Shown here: positions 40,031 through 49,434 of the stretch, one piece after another
Numbering within the stretch: position 1 is the first letter of the stretch
How the letters are laid out: the number at the start of each line of letters is the position of its first letter
From: an uncultured Oscillibacter sp.
Lineage (GTDB): Bacteria > Bacillota > Clostridia > Oscillospirales > Oscillospiraceae
NCBI RefSeq assembly: GCF_910584465.1
Contig: NZ_CAJUBK010000001.1
Location: forward strand, 116,852 to 180,851
Direction: 5' to 3'
Length of the DNA: 64,000 nt
Notes under the pieces: generated by a model
What the model saw: the letters and a program-made list of their open reading frames with translations, nothing else
What the model was told of the DNA's origin: nothing
The model's database searches: none
Program-made: the position numbers and the translations under genes

Positions 40031-40979
40031 CCCTCCATACCCGAACAACTTCCAAGAGCTTTGCGCGGCCATGCCGCTTTTCTACCTTGACGTGTTTGAA
40101 ATGCGGGCCATCCTCCGGGCGCAGGGCCGCCTATTGGACGGCGTTTGCGGCGGCGTAGAGAATGTGGTCGATTTTAACTTTATTCTCACGGCGGACGACG
40201 CAACGATACGAATGTGGGAAAAGGCCCTCAAGATCACCTACAAGGGCAAGCTCACGCTCGACCAGAGGAAGCGCGTGGTTATCGGGTACATCATCGGCCT
40301 CGGCCATATCGGGGAGCCGGAGATACGGGGAATCATCGGGCAGTACACGCCGGGCCATGTGGACTTCGACTTCATGCGCGGGACGATCACCGTCGTCGTG
40401 GAGGGCGAGATACCCGGAGAGGAGAACCTGCTTGAAACGCTCTTGCGGCGAATCCCCGCGCACCTCACGCTGAAAATCTATATCCACATCCGCAAGCAGT
40501 ACCGCCAGACCATCCCGTTCGCGCAGGGCGGAGCCGTGGGAAGCTACTTCCTTTTCGAGCCTGTCACGCAGGGGCACATCACCGACACCATGCCGCTGCC
40601 AATCTCGCAGGCCGCAGCAGCCGCGCCGTGGCTCGACGGCATACCTCCCACGCCATCGGAGACCGTCAGAACGGCCCTCCCGTTTTCCCACAGCGGGGAA
40701 GTCGGCTCCAAGCTGGCGGGAGATACCCCCACGCCGGAGCAGACGTTACGGACGCGCTACAAGGTCTGGCAGGGCGGTACAAACACCTCTGATATGGCAG
40801 GAGATACGCCGCAGGTGCAGAGAACCGCCCACAAGCCCGTCAGCGTGGCGCAGGGTGCCTTTGACAGGCCTGGTATAACCACGGACACCCCGGAGGTCAG
40901 AGGGGCCTCTATGAGCCGGGAAAAGGCCGCAGGAGGGCTTTTCTGTCATACGCATATCAAATCAAAACGAATTGATTAG
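40017..40979 (+). CDS. XkdU/DUF2313-like baseplate protein with a repetitive C-terminal extension
   Basis: WEK.L.I...TL.QR, RIPAHL; ~27-aa GDTP repeats. Confidence 0.72.
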   Translation: MSYLNPPYPNNFQELCAAMPLFYLDVFEMRAILRAQGRLLDGVCGGVENVVDFNFILTADDATIRMWEKALKITYKGKLTLDQRKRVVIGYIIGLGHIGEPEIRGIIGQYTPGHVDFDFMRGTITVVVEGEIPGEENLLETLLRRIPAHLTLKIYIHIRKQYRQTIPFAQGGAVGSYFLFEPVTQGHITDTMPLPISQAAAAAPWLDGIPPTPSETVRTALPFSHSGEVGSKLAGDTPTPEQTLRTRYKVWQGGTNTSDMAGDTPQVQRTAHKPVSVAQGAFDRPGITTDTPEVRGASMSREKAAGGLFCHTHIKSKRID

Positions 40980-40990
40980 GAGGTACGAAG

Positions 40991-42019
40991 ATGTCTAAAT
41001 TTGAAGACGGCAGCTACCAGTGCTTGCCGGGGCCTGCCCTGATAGCCAAGGTGCTGGCCGGACGGTGCAAGATGAACTACACACGGGCAGCGGTCGGGCA
41101 GGGGATTATCCCGGAGGACGTTTCCCCCAAAAGCCTCACCGAGCCGCCGGACTATGTGATGGACGCGAAAATCGCCGCAGTCACGAACCCGGTGGACGGC
41201 GAGTGTCAGGTTACGGTGCAGATCAAGAGCGACGATGTGGAGACGGGCTTCTATGCCATGGGAATCCTGCTCTATGCGGAAGACCCTGACCTGGGCGAGG
41301 TGCCCTATACCTACCTCAAGCTGGAAGACGGGCTGGAATGGATTCGCCCGGCCAGCAGCGCCGTCGGGAAGCTGGCGACGTTCGACCTTATCGCGGCGGT
41401 CGGGGCCGTGGACGCAGTATCGGCCAACATCGACCCGGACGCTATCGCCACCTACGCTGCAGTCAAGCAGCTTATCGCCGACGCGACCGCCGTGCTGGAA
41501 ATCACCATCCCGAAGGACGGGTGGACGGACGGCACCGGGCACATCGGCGAGGGAGACGGGGAGGCGGAGGAGCCGGACATGGAGGACGGCTTTGGCCTCC
41601 GGGTGGATATTCCCATCAAGGACGTTACGGAGGCTATGCAGCCGTTCTTGAGCGTCCACCCCGCGCACCTTGAAACAGCCAAGGGCTGCGAGCTTTCCAC
41701 CACGGCCCGGACGATGGACGGGGCCTTGCGGCTCTATGCAAAGTCCGCGCCCACGGCTGATATGACCGCCACGCTGACGCTGCTTTGCGCCACGTCCGGC
41801 GCGATCAGCGGAGGGGTTGTCTCTGGCGCGGGATATTCCCTGCCTGCGGCCACGGCGACCCGGCTGGGCGGCGTGAAGGTGGGCGACGGCCTCAACGTGG
41901 GGCCGGACGGCACTCTTTCGGTCAACGCCGACAAGGTCGTGACCGACGAAGACCTCGTTGACGAGGGCGAGGTCGCTGAATCTGTTGCTAACATCCTCAA
42001 CGAGGGTGAAGCAAAATAA
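40991..42019 (+). CDS. Tail fibre base/adaptor protein
   Basis: Follows XkdU; G..LYAEDPDLGEV.Y, LPAATATRLGGVKVG. Confidence 0.7.
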   Translation: MSKFEDGSYQCLPGPALIAKVLAGRCKMNYTRAAVGQGIIPEDVSPKSLTEPPDYVMDAKIAAVTNPVDGECQVTVQIKSDDVETGFYAMGILLYAEDPDLGEVPYTYLKLEDGLEWIRPASSAVGKLATFDLIAAVGAVDAVSANIDPDAIATYAAVKQLIADATAVLEITIPKDGWTDGTGHIGEGDGEAEEPDMEDGFGLRVDIPIKDVTEAMQPFLSVHPAHLETAKGCELSTTARTMDGALRLYAKSAPTADMTATLTLLCATSGAISGGVVSGAGYSLPAATATRLGGVKVGDGLNVGPDGTLSVNADKVVTDEDLVDEGEVAESVANILNEGEAK

Positions 42020-42042
42020 ATTTTTTACAGGAGGAATCCAAA

Positions 42043-42813
42043 ATGAGTACCAAGAAGAACCTCACCACCAAGACCACCATCGAGAATCTGGCTGCCGAGC
42101 TGAAGAAGCGCTTCGCGGCCACCGACACCCGCCTCGCTGCGGCGGAGGCGCAGAACGCGCTCGCGTTCAAGTCCGGCAAGGTGGACGGCAACACCGTCAA
42201 CTTCTACACCAGCGCCGACAAGTCCGGCACCCCCGTCTTCACCATGGACTTCCCCGTGGACATGGTGCTCGATCAGGCCAAGACCGCTTTCGTGGACAAG
42301 TTCACCTTCTCCACCGAGACCTACCCCGGCGCGACCGACCCCAACCTCACCAACAAGCCCGTGATGGTGCTGGCCGTCAAGGGCGAGGGCGACACCGTCA
42401 GCTACTCCTTCCTCAACATGGCGAAGCTGGTGGACACCTACAAGGCCAAGACCGAGGGCAAGGACGCTTCCACCACCATCGAAATCTCCGGCTACGAGGT
42501 GGAGGTCAAGGTCAACATTTCCGCCGAGGCGGGCAACCAGCTCCAGCTCAAGGCCGACGGCCTTTACGTCCCCGCGCCCGCTGCTGTTGACCTGTCCGGC
42601 AAGGCCGACAAGGTGGCCGAGGCCACCGCTGGCAACTTCGCCGGGCTGGACGAGAACGGCAATCTGACCGACAGCGGCAAGAAGCCCAGCGACTTTGTGG
42701 AGAAGGTCATGGTGGACGGCGTGGAGGACGTTGTTATCCACGCCAGCGACATCAGCGACTACACCGCTGAGGAGATTGCGGCCCTGCTGGGCGCGAGCGA
42801 GACTGCGGAGTAA
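42043..42813 (+). CDS. Putative tail fibre-associated structural protein
   Basis: RBS GGAGG; KADGLYVP, DLSGKADKV, GNLTDSG motifs. Confidence 0.6.
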   Translation: MSTKKNLTTKTTIENLAAELKKRFAATDTRLAAAEAQNALAFKSGKVDGNTVNFYTSADKSGTPVFTMDFPVDMVLDQAKTAFVDKFTFSTETYPGATDPNLTNKPVMVLAVKGEGDTVSYSFLNMAKLVDTYKAKTEGKDASTTIEISGYEVEVKVNISAEAGNQLQLKADGLYVPAPAAVDLSGKADKVAEATAGNFAGLDENGNLTDSGKKPSDFVEKVMVDGVEDVVIHASDISDYTAEEIAALLGASETAE

Positions 42814-42839
42814 TCGCCACAGACAGGAGGTAGACCCGG

Positions 42840-43313
42840 ATGGGGAAGAAAATCAAGCTCCCCCTCGAAAACGGGCTTGCCGCACTTTGTAACCACATAA
42901 AGGCCATCAAGCAGACGGCGGAGCAATCTGGCTCCGCCGTCTCTGCTTTGGCACAGGCTACGGCGGGAAGCATCGAGGAAATCGAGGGAATTTTGAGCGA
43001 GAAGCAGGACGCGAGCAATGCCGTCCCGTTTACTGTCCCGGCGGCGGGATGGGCCTCCGAGGAAATCGACGAGAACGGCGAGGGAGAGGCGGATATGCAC
43101 GAATATTCGTACTACTACGACCTCGCCGTGGGCGGCATTACCGCGAAAGACCGGGTAGACGTGACAATCTCGCCCGGCAGCATCGGCACGGCCACGGTCT
43201 GCGGACTGTGCCCGACGACCGAAACCCTCGCGGGGAAAATCAGGCTGCGGTCAGCGAGCAGGCCGAATGAGAATATCGCGGCTGAATACTGGCTTTGCAG
43301 CGGGAAGGAGTAA
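42840..43313 (+). CDS. Tail fibre-associated protein
   Basis: Shares a T.P..GW...G..RL....P domain pattern with 40991..42019. Confidence 0.55.
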   Translation: MGKKIKLPLENGLAALCNHIKAIKQTAEQSGSAVSALAQATAGSIEEIEGILSEKQDASNAVPFTVPAAGWASEEIDENGEGEADMHEYSYYYDLAVGGITAKDRVDVTISPGSIGTATVCGLCPTTETLAGKIRLRSASRPNENIAAEYWLCSGKE

Positions 43314-43316
43314 CAG

Positions 43317-45140
43317 ATGGCATACGGACAGGTAAACACCCCCGGCTCTGCCGGAGCAGAGCTTGTGGCCGCAAGACAGCTCGCGCAGACGGCCATGGAC
43401 AAGGCACGGGAAGCCTATAACAAGGCTGGCAGCGCACAGTCCACCGCCAACGCCGCGCTGGAAAAGGCTAATGCCGCCGACACCACCGCCAACGCCGCGA
43501 AGACCACGGCGGAGGCGGCCATGGAGAAGGCCACGGCCAATGAGACCGCTATCGCGGAGGTCAGCGAGACCGCCACCACCGCCCTCAACACCGCGAACAC
43601 GGCGAACCGGGAGGCAAGTGCGGCAAAGACGGCGGCGCAGAACGCGCAGAAAGCGGCGGAGGACGCTGCAAAGGCCGTCACAGACCTCAACAGCACCATC
43701 AACACCGTGCCGACGCAGAACGGCACTCTCTACTACACCGGGGCGGCGCAAAGCCCCACATGGAACGGGCTGGACACCTCAAAGGTCACGCTTGGGGGCA
43801 CTACCAGCGGGACGAACGTTGGGACATACAACGCCACCGTGACCCCGAAAGAGGGCTTCAAGTGGCCGGACGGCACCACCACGGCCAAGACGATCTCGTG
43901 GACGATCAGCCGGGCGGTCGTCAGCGTTCCTACTGCGAAGGGCGGCCAGACGTACACGGGCAGCGAACAGGCCGCGCAGTTCAACGGCTACGACAGCAGC
44001 AAAATGACCGTCGGCGGCACCAATAAGGCGACCAACGCCGGAAACTACAGCGCCAGCTTCACGCCGGGGGCCAACTACCAGTGGCCGGACGGCACCACCA
44101 CTGCGAAAACGGTCTCTTGGAGCATTGGCAAGGCCGCAGGCAGTTTGAGCCTCAACAAGACCTCTATGATCCTCAACGTCTCTGCCCTCACGGGCACTAT
44201 CGCCGTCACCCGCGCAGGCGACGGCGCGATCACCGCCAGCAGCTCCAATACCAGTATCGCCACGGTCAGCGTCAGCGGCACCACCGTCACGGTGACGGCC
44301 AAGGCCAAGGGCAACGTCACCATCACCATCAATGTGGCCGCAGGCACGAACCACACGGCCCCGGCCTCCAAGACCTGCGCCGTCACCGTCACCATGCCCA
44401 GCACCTCGCTCGCCGACAACACCCCGGAGACCATTCAGGCGGCGGCCAAGGCTGGCACAGCCTCCAACTATTGGAGCGTGGGCGACAAGATGGGGATTGC
44501 GGTCAACGGCTCCTTCGGCGGCCTCTCCTACAACAGCACCGTCTACGCCTTTATCCTCGGCTTCAACCACAACAGCAGCGTAGAGGGAGGCAACAGCATC
44601 CATTTCCAGTTCGGCAAGACGAGCAACGGCACTGACATTGCTTTCGTCCAGAGCTACGGCAGCACCGGGACGGGCTTCTGCATGAACACCAGCAATACTA
44701 ACAGCGGCGGATGGAACAACAGCTATATGCGGAAGACCATCTGCCCGGCGTTCCTCTCCGCCCTGCCGACGGCGTGGCAGAACGTGATTGTGGCCTGCAC
44801 CAAGTACAGCGACAACACGGGCGGCACCAGCAACCCGGCCAGCAATGTCACGGCCACGTCGGACAAAATCTGGCTGCTCTCTGAATTTGAGGTGCATGGC
44901 ACCCGTTCTTACGCCAACACCGCAGAGCAGAACTACCAGAAGCAGTACGACTACTACAAGAACGGCAACAGCAAGGTCAAGTACCAGCACAGCGCGACGA
45001 CTTCCGCCTGCCCCTGGTGGCTCCGCTCGGTCTATGCGGGCAGCACGAACGTCTTCTGCATTGTCAACGCGGGCGGCGGCGCGGACGACATCAACGCCTA
45101 CTACTCGTATGGCTTCGCGCCGGGCTTTAAGGTGGCCTAA
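43317..45140 (+). CDS. Tail fibre/receptor-binding protein, DGR target 1
   Basis: Ala-rich coiled coil, two 73-aa beta repeats, Ig-like segment (SSSNTSIATVS), C-terminal WWLRS...GFAPGF containing VR1. Confidence 0.88.
   Translation: MAYGQVNTPGSAGAELVAARQLAQTAMDKAREAYNKAGSAQSTANAALEKANAADTTANAAKTTAEAAMEKATANETAIAEVSETATTALNTANTANREASAAKTAAQNAQKAAEDAAKAVTDLNSTINTVPTQNGTLYYTGAAQSPTWNGLDTSKVTLGGTTSGTNVGTYNATVTPKEGFKWPDGTTTAKTISWTISRAVVSVPTAKGGQTYTGSEQAAQFNGYDSSKMTVGGTNKATNAGNYSASFTPGANYQWPDGTTTAKTVSWSIGKAAGSLSLNKTSMILNVSALTGTIAVTRAGDGAITASSSNTSIATVSVSGTTVTVTAKAKGNVTITINVAAGTNHTAPASKTCAVTVTMPSTSLADNTPETIQAAAKAGTASNYWSVGDKMGIAVNGSFGGLSYNSTVYAFILGFNHNSSVEGGNSIHFQFGKTSNGTDIAFVQSYGSTGTGFCMNTSNTNSGGWNNSYMRKTICPAFLSALPTAWQNVIVACTKYSDNTGGTSNPASNVTATSDKIWLLSEFEVHGTRSYANTAEQNYQKQYDYYKNGNSKVKYQHSATTSACPWWLRSVYAGSTNVFCIVNAGGGADDINAYYSYGFAPGFKVA
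45004..45131 (+). repeat. DGR variable repeat VR1
   Basis: 128 bp ungapped match to TR 45728-45855; 15 mismatches, all at TR adenines. Confidence 0.97.
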
Positions 45141-45196
45141 TCCAAAATCAACCAAACAGGGGGAGCAGCAAGCGGCAGGGGCGCAAGCCCCGCCGC
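45137..45196 (+). promoter_or_regulatory. IMH-like motif plus GC hairpin downstream of VR1
   Basis: CTAATCCAAAATCAAC; GCGGC-A-GGGGC-GCAA-GCCCC-GCCGC. Confidence 0.7.
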
Positions 45197-45232
45197 GCCC
45201 CCCGACAAATGCCAAGGAAACGAGGGAGCGAA

Positions 45233-45700
45233 ATGTCGGTCTACAAATCCCGCAGGAAGGACGCGGCGGCGCAATTTGTGGCGGACGCGAGGGAGCTGCG
45301 GAAATTCACCGTCCGCATTGTGCGGCGATTCCCCAAAAGCTACCGGGACACCACCAACTGCCTGTGCGAGCTGGCGCGGGAAATCTACATCAACGCGCTC
45401 AAAGGCAACGCCATATTTGTCCACAAGGATTTGAGCGAGCACGACTACGACCTGCGGCACCGCTATCTGATGATAGCTACCAGCAGCGCCGACGCGATTT
45501 GCGGCGAGATCACATTCTGCTACGAGCTGGTGGACGAGGGCAACAACTTCTTCGACAGCAAGCAGCAGTATGACGCGGCTTTCCAGACGTGGACGACCCT
45601 CGCCAACACCGCGCTCTCCCGGCTCCGTGGCGTACTCGACAGCGACAAAAAGCGGTGGAATACCTACCGCAAGCAGCAGGGTGGCAAAAAGCCCGGCTAA
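45233..45700 (+). CDS. avd: DGR accessory variability determinant (Avd-like four-helix bundle)
   Basis: 155 aa, basic, helical; RFPKSYR, IY.N..KGN.I; lies between VR1 and TR. Confidence 0.75.
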   Translation: MSVYKSRRKDAAAQFVADARELRKFTVRIVRRFPKSYRDTTNCLCELAREIYINALKGNAIFVHKDLSEHDYDLRHRYLMIATSSADAICGEITFCYELVDEGNNFFDSKQQYDAAFQTWTTLANTALSRLRGVLDSDKKRWNTYRKQQGGKKPG

Positions 45701-45727
45701 ACGGTATTAGGGCAAGCTCTGACGGCC

Positions 45728-45855
45728 CCGCCTGCAACTGGTGGCTCCGCTCGGTCAATGCGGGCAACACGAACAACTTCTGCAATGTCAACACGAGCGG
45801 CAGCGCGAACAACAACAACGCCTACAACTCGAATGGCTTCGCGCCGGGCTTTAAG
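45728..45855 (+). ncRNA. DGR template repeat (TR)
   Basis: Intergenic, 13 AAY codons; matches two VRs except at adenines. Confidence 0.96.
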
Positions 45856-46214
45856 TATAACTATGTGGGCCAGAACAAGTAGCGATTATGCGAAGCAGCG
45901 CCCCAAAACCTTAAAGGAGAGCTTGCACCTTGGAGACTGGCCCGGAGACGGGCTTCATTCCTCAAATTGCCCCGCGATACGGTTGCCCGGACGCTTCTTG
46001 CATGGCGAGAGAGTTTGTCGGGCAGGCACCCGGAACCAGCGCAGCGCCACCGGGAGCCGCCTCTTTCGTTACATGAGCCGCCGTTACGCAGCTATCACCA
46101 AAAACCGACCCGGAGGGCGGGACAGGTGCGGGAAGTGATGCACCCCGCAAACCACCCGCAGGATGGGCCGCTGTACGCGGGGGATTTTGCATCAGCGGCA
46201 GGAGACGATACGTT

Positions 46215-47471
46215 TTGAACAGTAGCGAAAGACGGGAGGCCAGATACCAGCGGCGAAAGGCCCGGCGCGAGCAGAAAGCGCGGGAGGCCGGGAGCGCGAG
46301 CTTCGACGAGGTGATGTCGTTCGGAAACCTTTGCCGGGCGGGGAAGACCTGCTGCAACGGCGCGAGGTGGAAGACCTCGACGATCAACTTCGAGAACAAG
46401 CTGCTGACTGAAAGCCTCAAGACCTACAACGACCTGCACAACGGCACCCGGATTTTCCACGGCTCCCAGAGTTTTACGACGGTGGAGCACGGGAAGGAGC
46501 GCGACATTGACGCGCTGCCCATCCAAGAGCGGGCGGCGCAGAAATGCCTATGCAAGAACCTCTTAATCCCGGCATACTCGCGCAGCTTCATTTACGACAA
46601 CAGCGCGAGCCTCAAGGACAAGGGCATGGACTTCCAGCTCAAGCGGCTCAAGAAGCACCTGCGCGATCACTACCGCAGGTACGGCACCGAGGGCGGTATC
46701 TATCAATTCGACTTCAAGAGCTACTTCGCCAGCATTCCTCACGACGGGATAAAGGCGCGGGCGCGGGAGAAGATCATGGACGACCGCCTCTACGACCTGT
46801 TTTGCGAGTTTGTGGACGACTTTCAGAAGCTCAAGACCGCAGACAGGGCGGCGGAGCGTAAACACGGTATCGGGCTGGGGAGCGAAATATCCCAGGTCAT
46901 AGCCCTCGACTACGCCAGTCCGATAGACCACTACGTCAAAGACGTGCGCGGCATCCACGGCTACGGGCGGTACAACGACGACGGGTATGTGATAAGCCAT
47001 TCCTTGAAGGAGCTGGAAGACATCAAGAGGTGCCTCTACCAGCTCGCGGAGGAGCGAGGTATCTCCATGAGCGACAAGAAGAACATCATCACCCCGTTTA
47101 AGCACCACAGCTTTGCCTTTCTGAAAATGAGGGTGAGGCTTGAGGAGGGCGGCAGGGTGACGATGAAATTGAGCCGCAAGAGCATCAGGGGTATGCGCCG
47201 GAAGCTCGACATTTTCCGCCGCTGGGCGGACGAGGGCAGGCTCGCCCCGGAGGACATCTTTCAGTCCTACCAATCATGGAGGGCACACGCCAAGCGCTGC
47301 AACAGCTACGACACACTCCGGGCCATGGACGAACGCTTCACCACGCTATTCGCCCCGGAGCTTGCGGTGCGGAAAAAGCGCTTCAAATGCACCATGAAAG
47401 CCACCAAGATAGAGACGGGCTGGATATATCGGCGGCACGGGGCCGTCAGTGAGGAGGAAATGGCAGCATGA
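46215..47471 (+). CDS. DGR reverse transcriptase
   Basis: GKERDI, ER..QK, FIYDNSAS..DKG, FDFKSYF.SIPH, GIGLGSEISQ, RYNDD, FLK; no intron maturase or endonuclease domain. Confidence 0.95.
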   Translation: MNSSERREARYQRRKARREQKAREAGSASFDEVMSFGNLCRAGKTCCNGARWKTSTINFENKLLTESLKTYNDLHNGTRIFHGSQSFTTVEHGKERDIDALPIQERAAQKCLCKNLLIPAYSRSFIYDNSASLKDKGMDFQLKRLKKHLRDHYRRYGTEGGIYQFDFKSYFASIPHDGIKARAREKIMDDRLYDLFCEFVDDFQKLKTADRAAERKHGIGLGSEISQVIALDYASPIDHYVKDVRGIHGYGRYNDDGYVISHSLKELEDIKRCLYQLAEERGISMSDKKNIITPFKHHSFAFLKMRVRLEEGGRVTMKLSRKSIRGMRRKLDIFRRWADEGRLAPEDIFQSYQSWRAHAKRCNSYDTLRAMDERFTTLFAPELAVRKKRFKCTMKATKIETGWIYRRHGAVSEEEMAA

Positions 47472-47887
47472 AATTCGTGGCACACCACAGGTACAGGGGG
47501 CTTGACGCAGGCGGCAAGCCTATGAATGTGCGCTACGGCACAGAGTACGAGACCATCGGCGATTTTATCGCCACCCCGGAGGGCCGGGGGATTTGCTTCA
47601 CCACCAGCGAGACGGCCAAAGAGTATTTCGCCGTCAACGACGACGGGCGGGGGCTTGAGCGCGGGGCGCTCACCCACGCTATCGCCTACAGCCACCGGGA
47701 GATGGAGTGGGCGGATAAGAGCGTCCACCGCTTTTCCGAGGCAGAGGTAGAAATGCTGGAAAGCTCGTGGAGCCACTGGCTCCGACAGGACGTGGACACC
47801 ATTCTTTTCAACAACGACTTCTTTGCGGCGCAGCCGGAGGATCTTCGGCAGCTTGCGGACGCATTGAAAATCAAAGTCAGGAGGTAA
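47468..47887 (+). CDS. Hypothetical protein coupled to RT
   Basis: ATGA overlap with the RT stop. Confidence 0.6.
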   Translation: MKFVAHHRYRGLDAGGKPMNVRYGTEYETIGDFIATPEGRGICFTTSETAKEYFAVNDDGRGLERGALTHAIAYSHREMEWADKSVHRFSEAEVEMLESSWSHWLRQDVDTILFNNDFFAAQPEDLRQLADALKIKVRR

Positions 47888-47890
47888 CGT

Positions 47891-48277
47891 ATGTATGCAA
47901 TCTTGAGCGGCGGAGCGCTGCTGGCGCTCTGCGACAAGCCCCGGTATGTCCGGCTCAACCCGGACAGCGGGGCCTATGTGGAGGCCGCGCCGGAGGAGGC
48001 TATTGCCATTTCCGTCAACGGCGACCTCTACAACATCAACGGCGGCAGCGCCATCCCCGACGCGCCGGAGGCGGTCGTCAGGGAGGACGATGTGTCGGAG
48101 TACGTTTTCCACAACCGGGCGCGGATTGTGGAGAACGAGGAGACCACCGGGGCCGCCGTGGTGCAGCTTGAGGAGGCTCTGTGCGAGCAGGACGCAGCCA
48201 CCGAGGAACGGCTGACCGCCGTGGAGGAGGCGCTTTGCGAGCTGGACAGCGCTATCAACGGGGGAGGTGAAAACTGA
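47891..48277 (+). CDS. Hypothetical tail-region protein
   Basis: RBS GGAGG; EEALCE repeats. Confidence 0.6.
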   Translation: MYAILSGGALLALCDKPRYVRLNPDSGAYVEAAPEEAIAISVNGDLYNINGGSAIPDAPEAVVREDDVSEYVFHNRARIVENEETTGAAVVQLEEALCEQDAATEERLTAVEEALCELDSAINGGGEN

Positions 48278-48444
48278 TGAACGAGATTTGGGCGAATCGG
48301 CTGGTAGCCGGGACTAAGACGTGGGCGGAGGTCACTCCCTCCCGCAAGAACGCCGTCAAGGACGTGCTGCGGGGCCGGGTGGAGAGCGGCACCATCACGG
48401 CGGAGAAGTACGAGAAGATCACCGAGGAGGTCTACGAGGCGTAA
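48277..48444 (+). CDS. XkdX-like small protein (55 aa, not in ORF track)
   Basis: MNEIWANRL..G.KTW.EV...G.ITAEKYEKIT; RBS GGAGGTG. Confidence 0.65.
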   Translation: MNEIWANRLVAGTKTWAEVTPSRKNAVKDVLRGRVESGTITAEKYEKITEEVYEA

Positions 48445-48614
48445 TGAGCAACATCGAGCTTATTGCCGAATTGACCGACATCTGTATCAGACAGGCAGAG
48501 ATCATCAAGGCCCAGCAGTACATCATCGAGCAGTTCGGGGAGCAGGTCAGGGAGGAGGAAGCTCTGGCCCAGCGGAACCGCCTTCGCGAGCTGGTCGGCG
48601 ACTGGGACGCATAG
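48444..48614 (+). CDS. Small hypothetical protein
   Basis: TAATG overlap, MSNIELIAELTDIC... Confidence 0.5.
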   Translation: MSNIELIAELTDICIRQAEIIKAQQYIIEQFGEQVREEEALAQRNRLRELVGDWDA

Positions 48615-48617
48615 AGG

Positions 48618-48646
48618 AGAGGGGCGCAGCCGCGCCCCTCTTTTTT
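48618..48646 (+). terminator. Intrinsic terminator before the lysis module
   Basis: AGAGGGGCGC-AGCC-GCGCCCCTCT followed by T tract. Confidence 0.75.
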
Positions 48647-48676
48647 ACTACGGCATAGCCGGGAAAGGAGGACACT

Positions 48677-49006
48677 ATGGACACACCCATTTCAAGAGCG
48701 GAACATGAGGAGTTTGCGAGGCGCATGGAGAGCGAAAACCAGCGCCTCAAGGACGAAGACGCTCGCCAGAACAAGCGGCTTGACCTGCTCGAAGAAAGTG
48801 TGCGTGAAATGTCGGCGCTGGCTACCTCCGTGGAGAAGCTGGCGACCAACATGGAGGGCATGGTAAAAGTGCAGGAGCAGCAGGGAACGCGCCTGACGAC
48901 CCTTGAGGGGCGGGACGGAGAAATGTGGAGGAAAGTCGTTGGCTATATTGTCACGGCCATTCTCGGCATTGTTATAGGCTTCGTCTTTACTCAGCTCGGA
49001 ATGTAG
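48677..49006 (+). CDS. XhlA-like lysis-associated protein
   Basis: Coiled coil plus one C-terminal TM helix at the start of the lysis module. Confidence 0.65.
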   Translation: MDTPISRAEHEEFARRMESENQRLKDEDARQNKRLDLLEESVREMSALATSVEKLATNMEGMVKVQEQQGTRLTTLEGRDGEMWRKVVGYIVTAILGIVIGFVFTQLGM

Positions 49007-49014
49007 GTGACGCT

Positions 49015-49434
49015 ATGAAGAATGCGATTATCGCCGGGGCCGCCCTTCTCTTTGGGGCGGCCCTCGGCTATATTTCGAGCCTGCGCACCATTCGCGCTCT
49101 GCGCCGGAGGGTGCGGGAGCTTCGGGCCGGGCTGGACAGGCCTCAAACGGAGACGATGAAGCGCATCCTATGGGTCTGCGTCCTCAACGGTTTTGCGTGG
49201 GTGTGGTGCAGCTACATACTTGCCGCGCTCGACAAGCCGCAGATCGCGGAGGAGCTGTCAAAGGTTGCGCTCGTCGAGATCATCGTCCCGGTTGCCGTCT
49301 ACGCATTTAAGTCCGTTGTCGAGAACTTGAGCAAAAACAACCGCTGGCCCGACAGGGCGGCGGCCACCAGCGCCGACAGCACCACCGCGCCGGAGCCGCC
49401 GGAGGAGGGCCAGCAGGAAGGAGAAAATCTATGA
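49015..49434 (+). CDS. Membrane protein, putative holin
   Basis: Three hydrophobic segments directly before the endolysin. Confidence 0.55.
   Translation: MKNAIIAGAALLFGAALGYISSLRTIRALRRRVRELRAGLDRPQTETMKRILWVCVLNGFAWVWCSYILAALDKPQIAEELSKVALVEIIVPVAVYAFKSVVENLSKNNRWPDRAAATSADSTTAPEPPEEGQQEGENL

Noticed and set aside
43861..44112. Repeated AGTGGCCGGACGGCACCACCAC as another TR/VR pair
   Set aside because: In-frame 73-aa domain duplication in the fibre; differences are not adenine-specific.
45589..45882. ORF spanning TR as a third target gene
   Set aside because: It overlaps avd, has no clear RBS, is the Asn-rich template frame and lacks the downstream IMH-like motif and hairpin.
45973..45982. 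CGCGATACGG operator-like core in the DGR spacer
   Set aside because: The palindromic outer arms are missing; likely chance.
46215..47471. RT as a group II intron, retron or Abi RT
   Set aside because: No maturase/endonuclease domain or interrupted gene; the adjacent Avd-like gene and adenine-specific TR/VR pairs identify a DGR.
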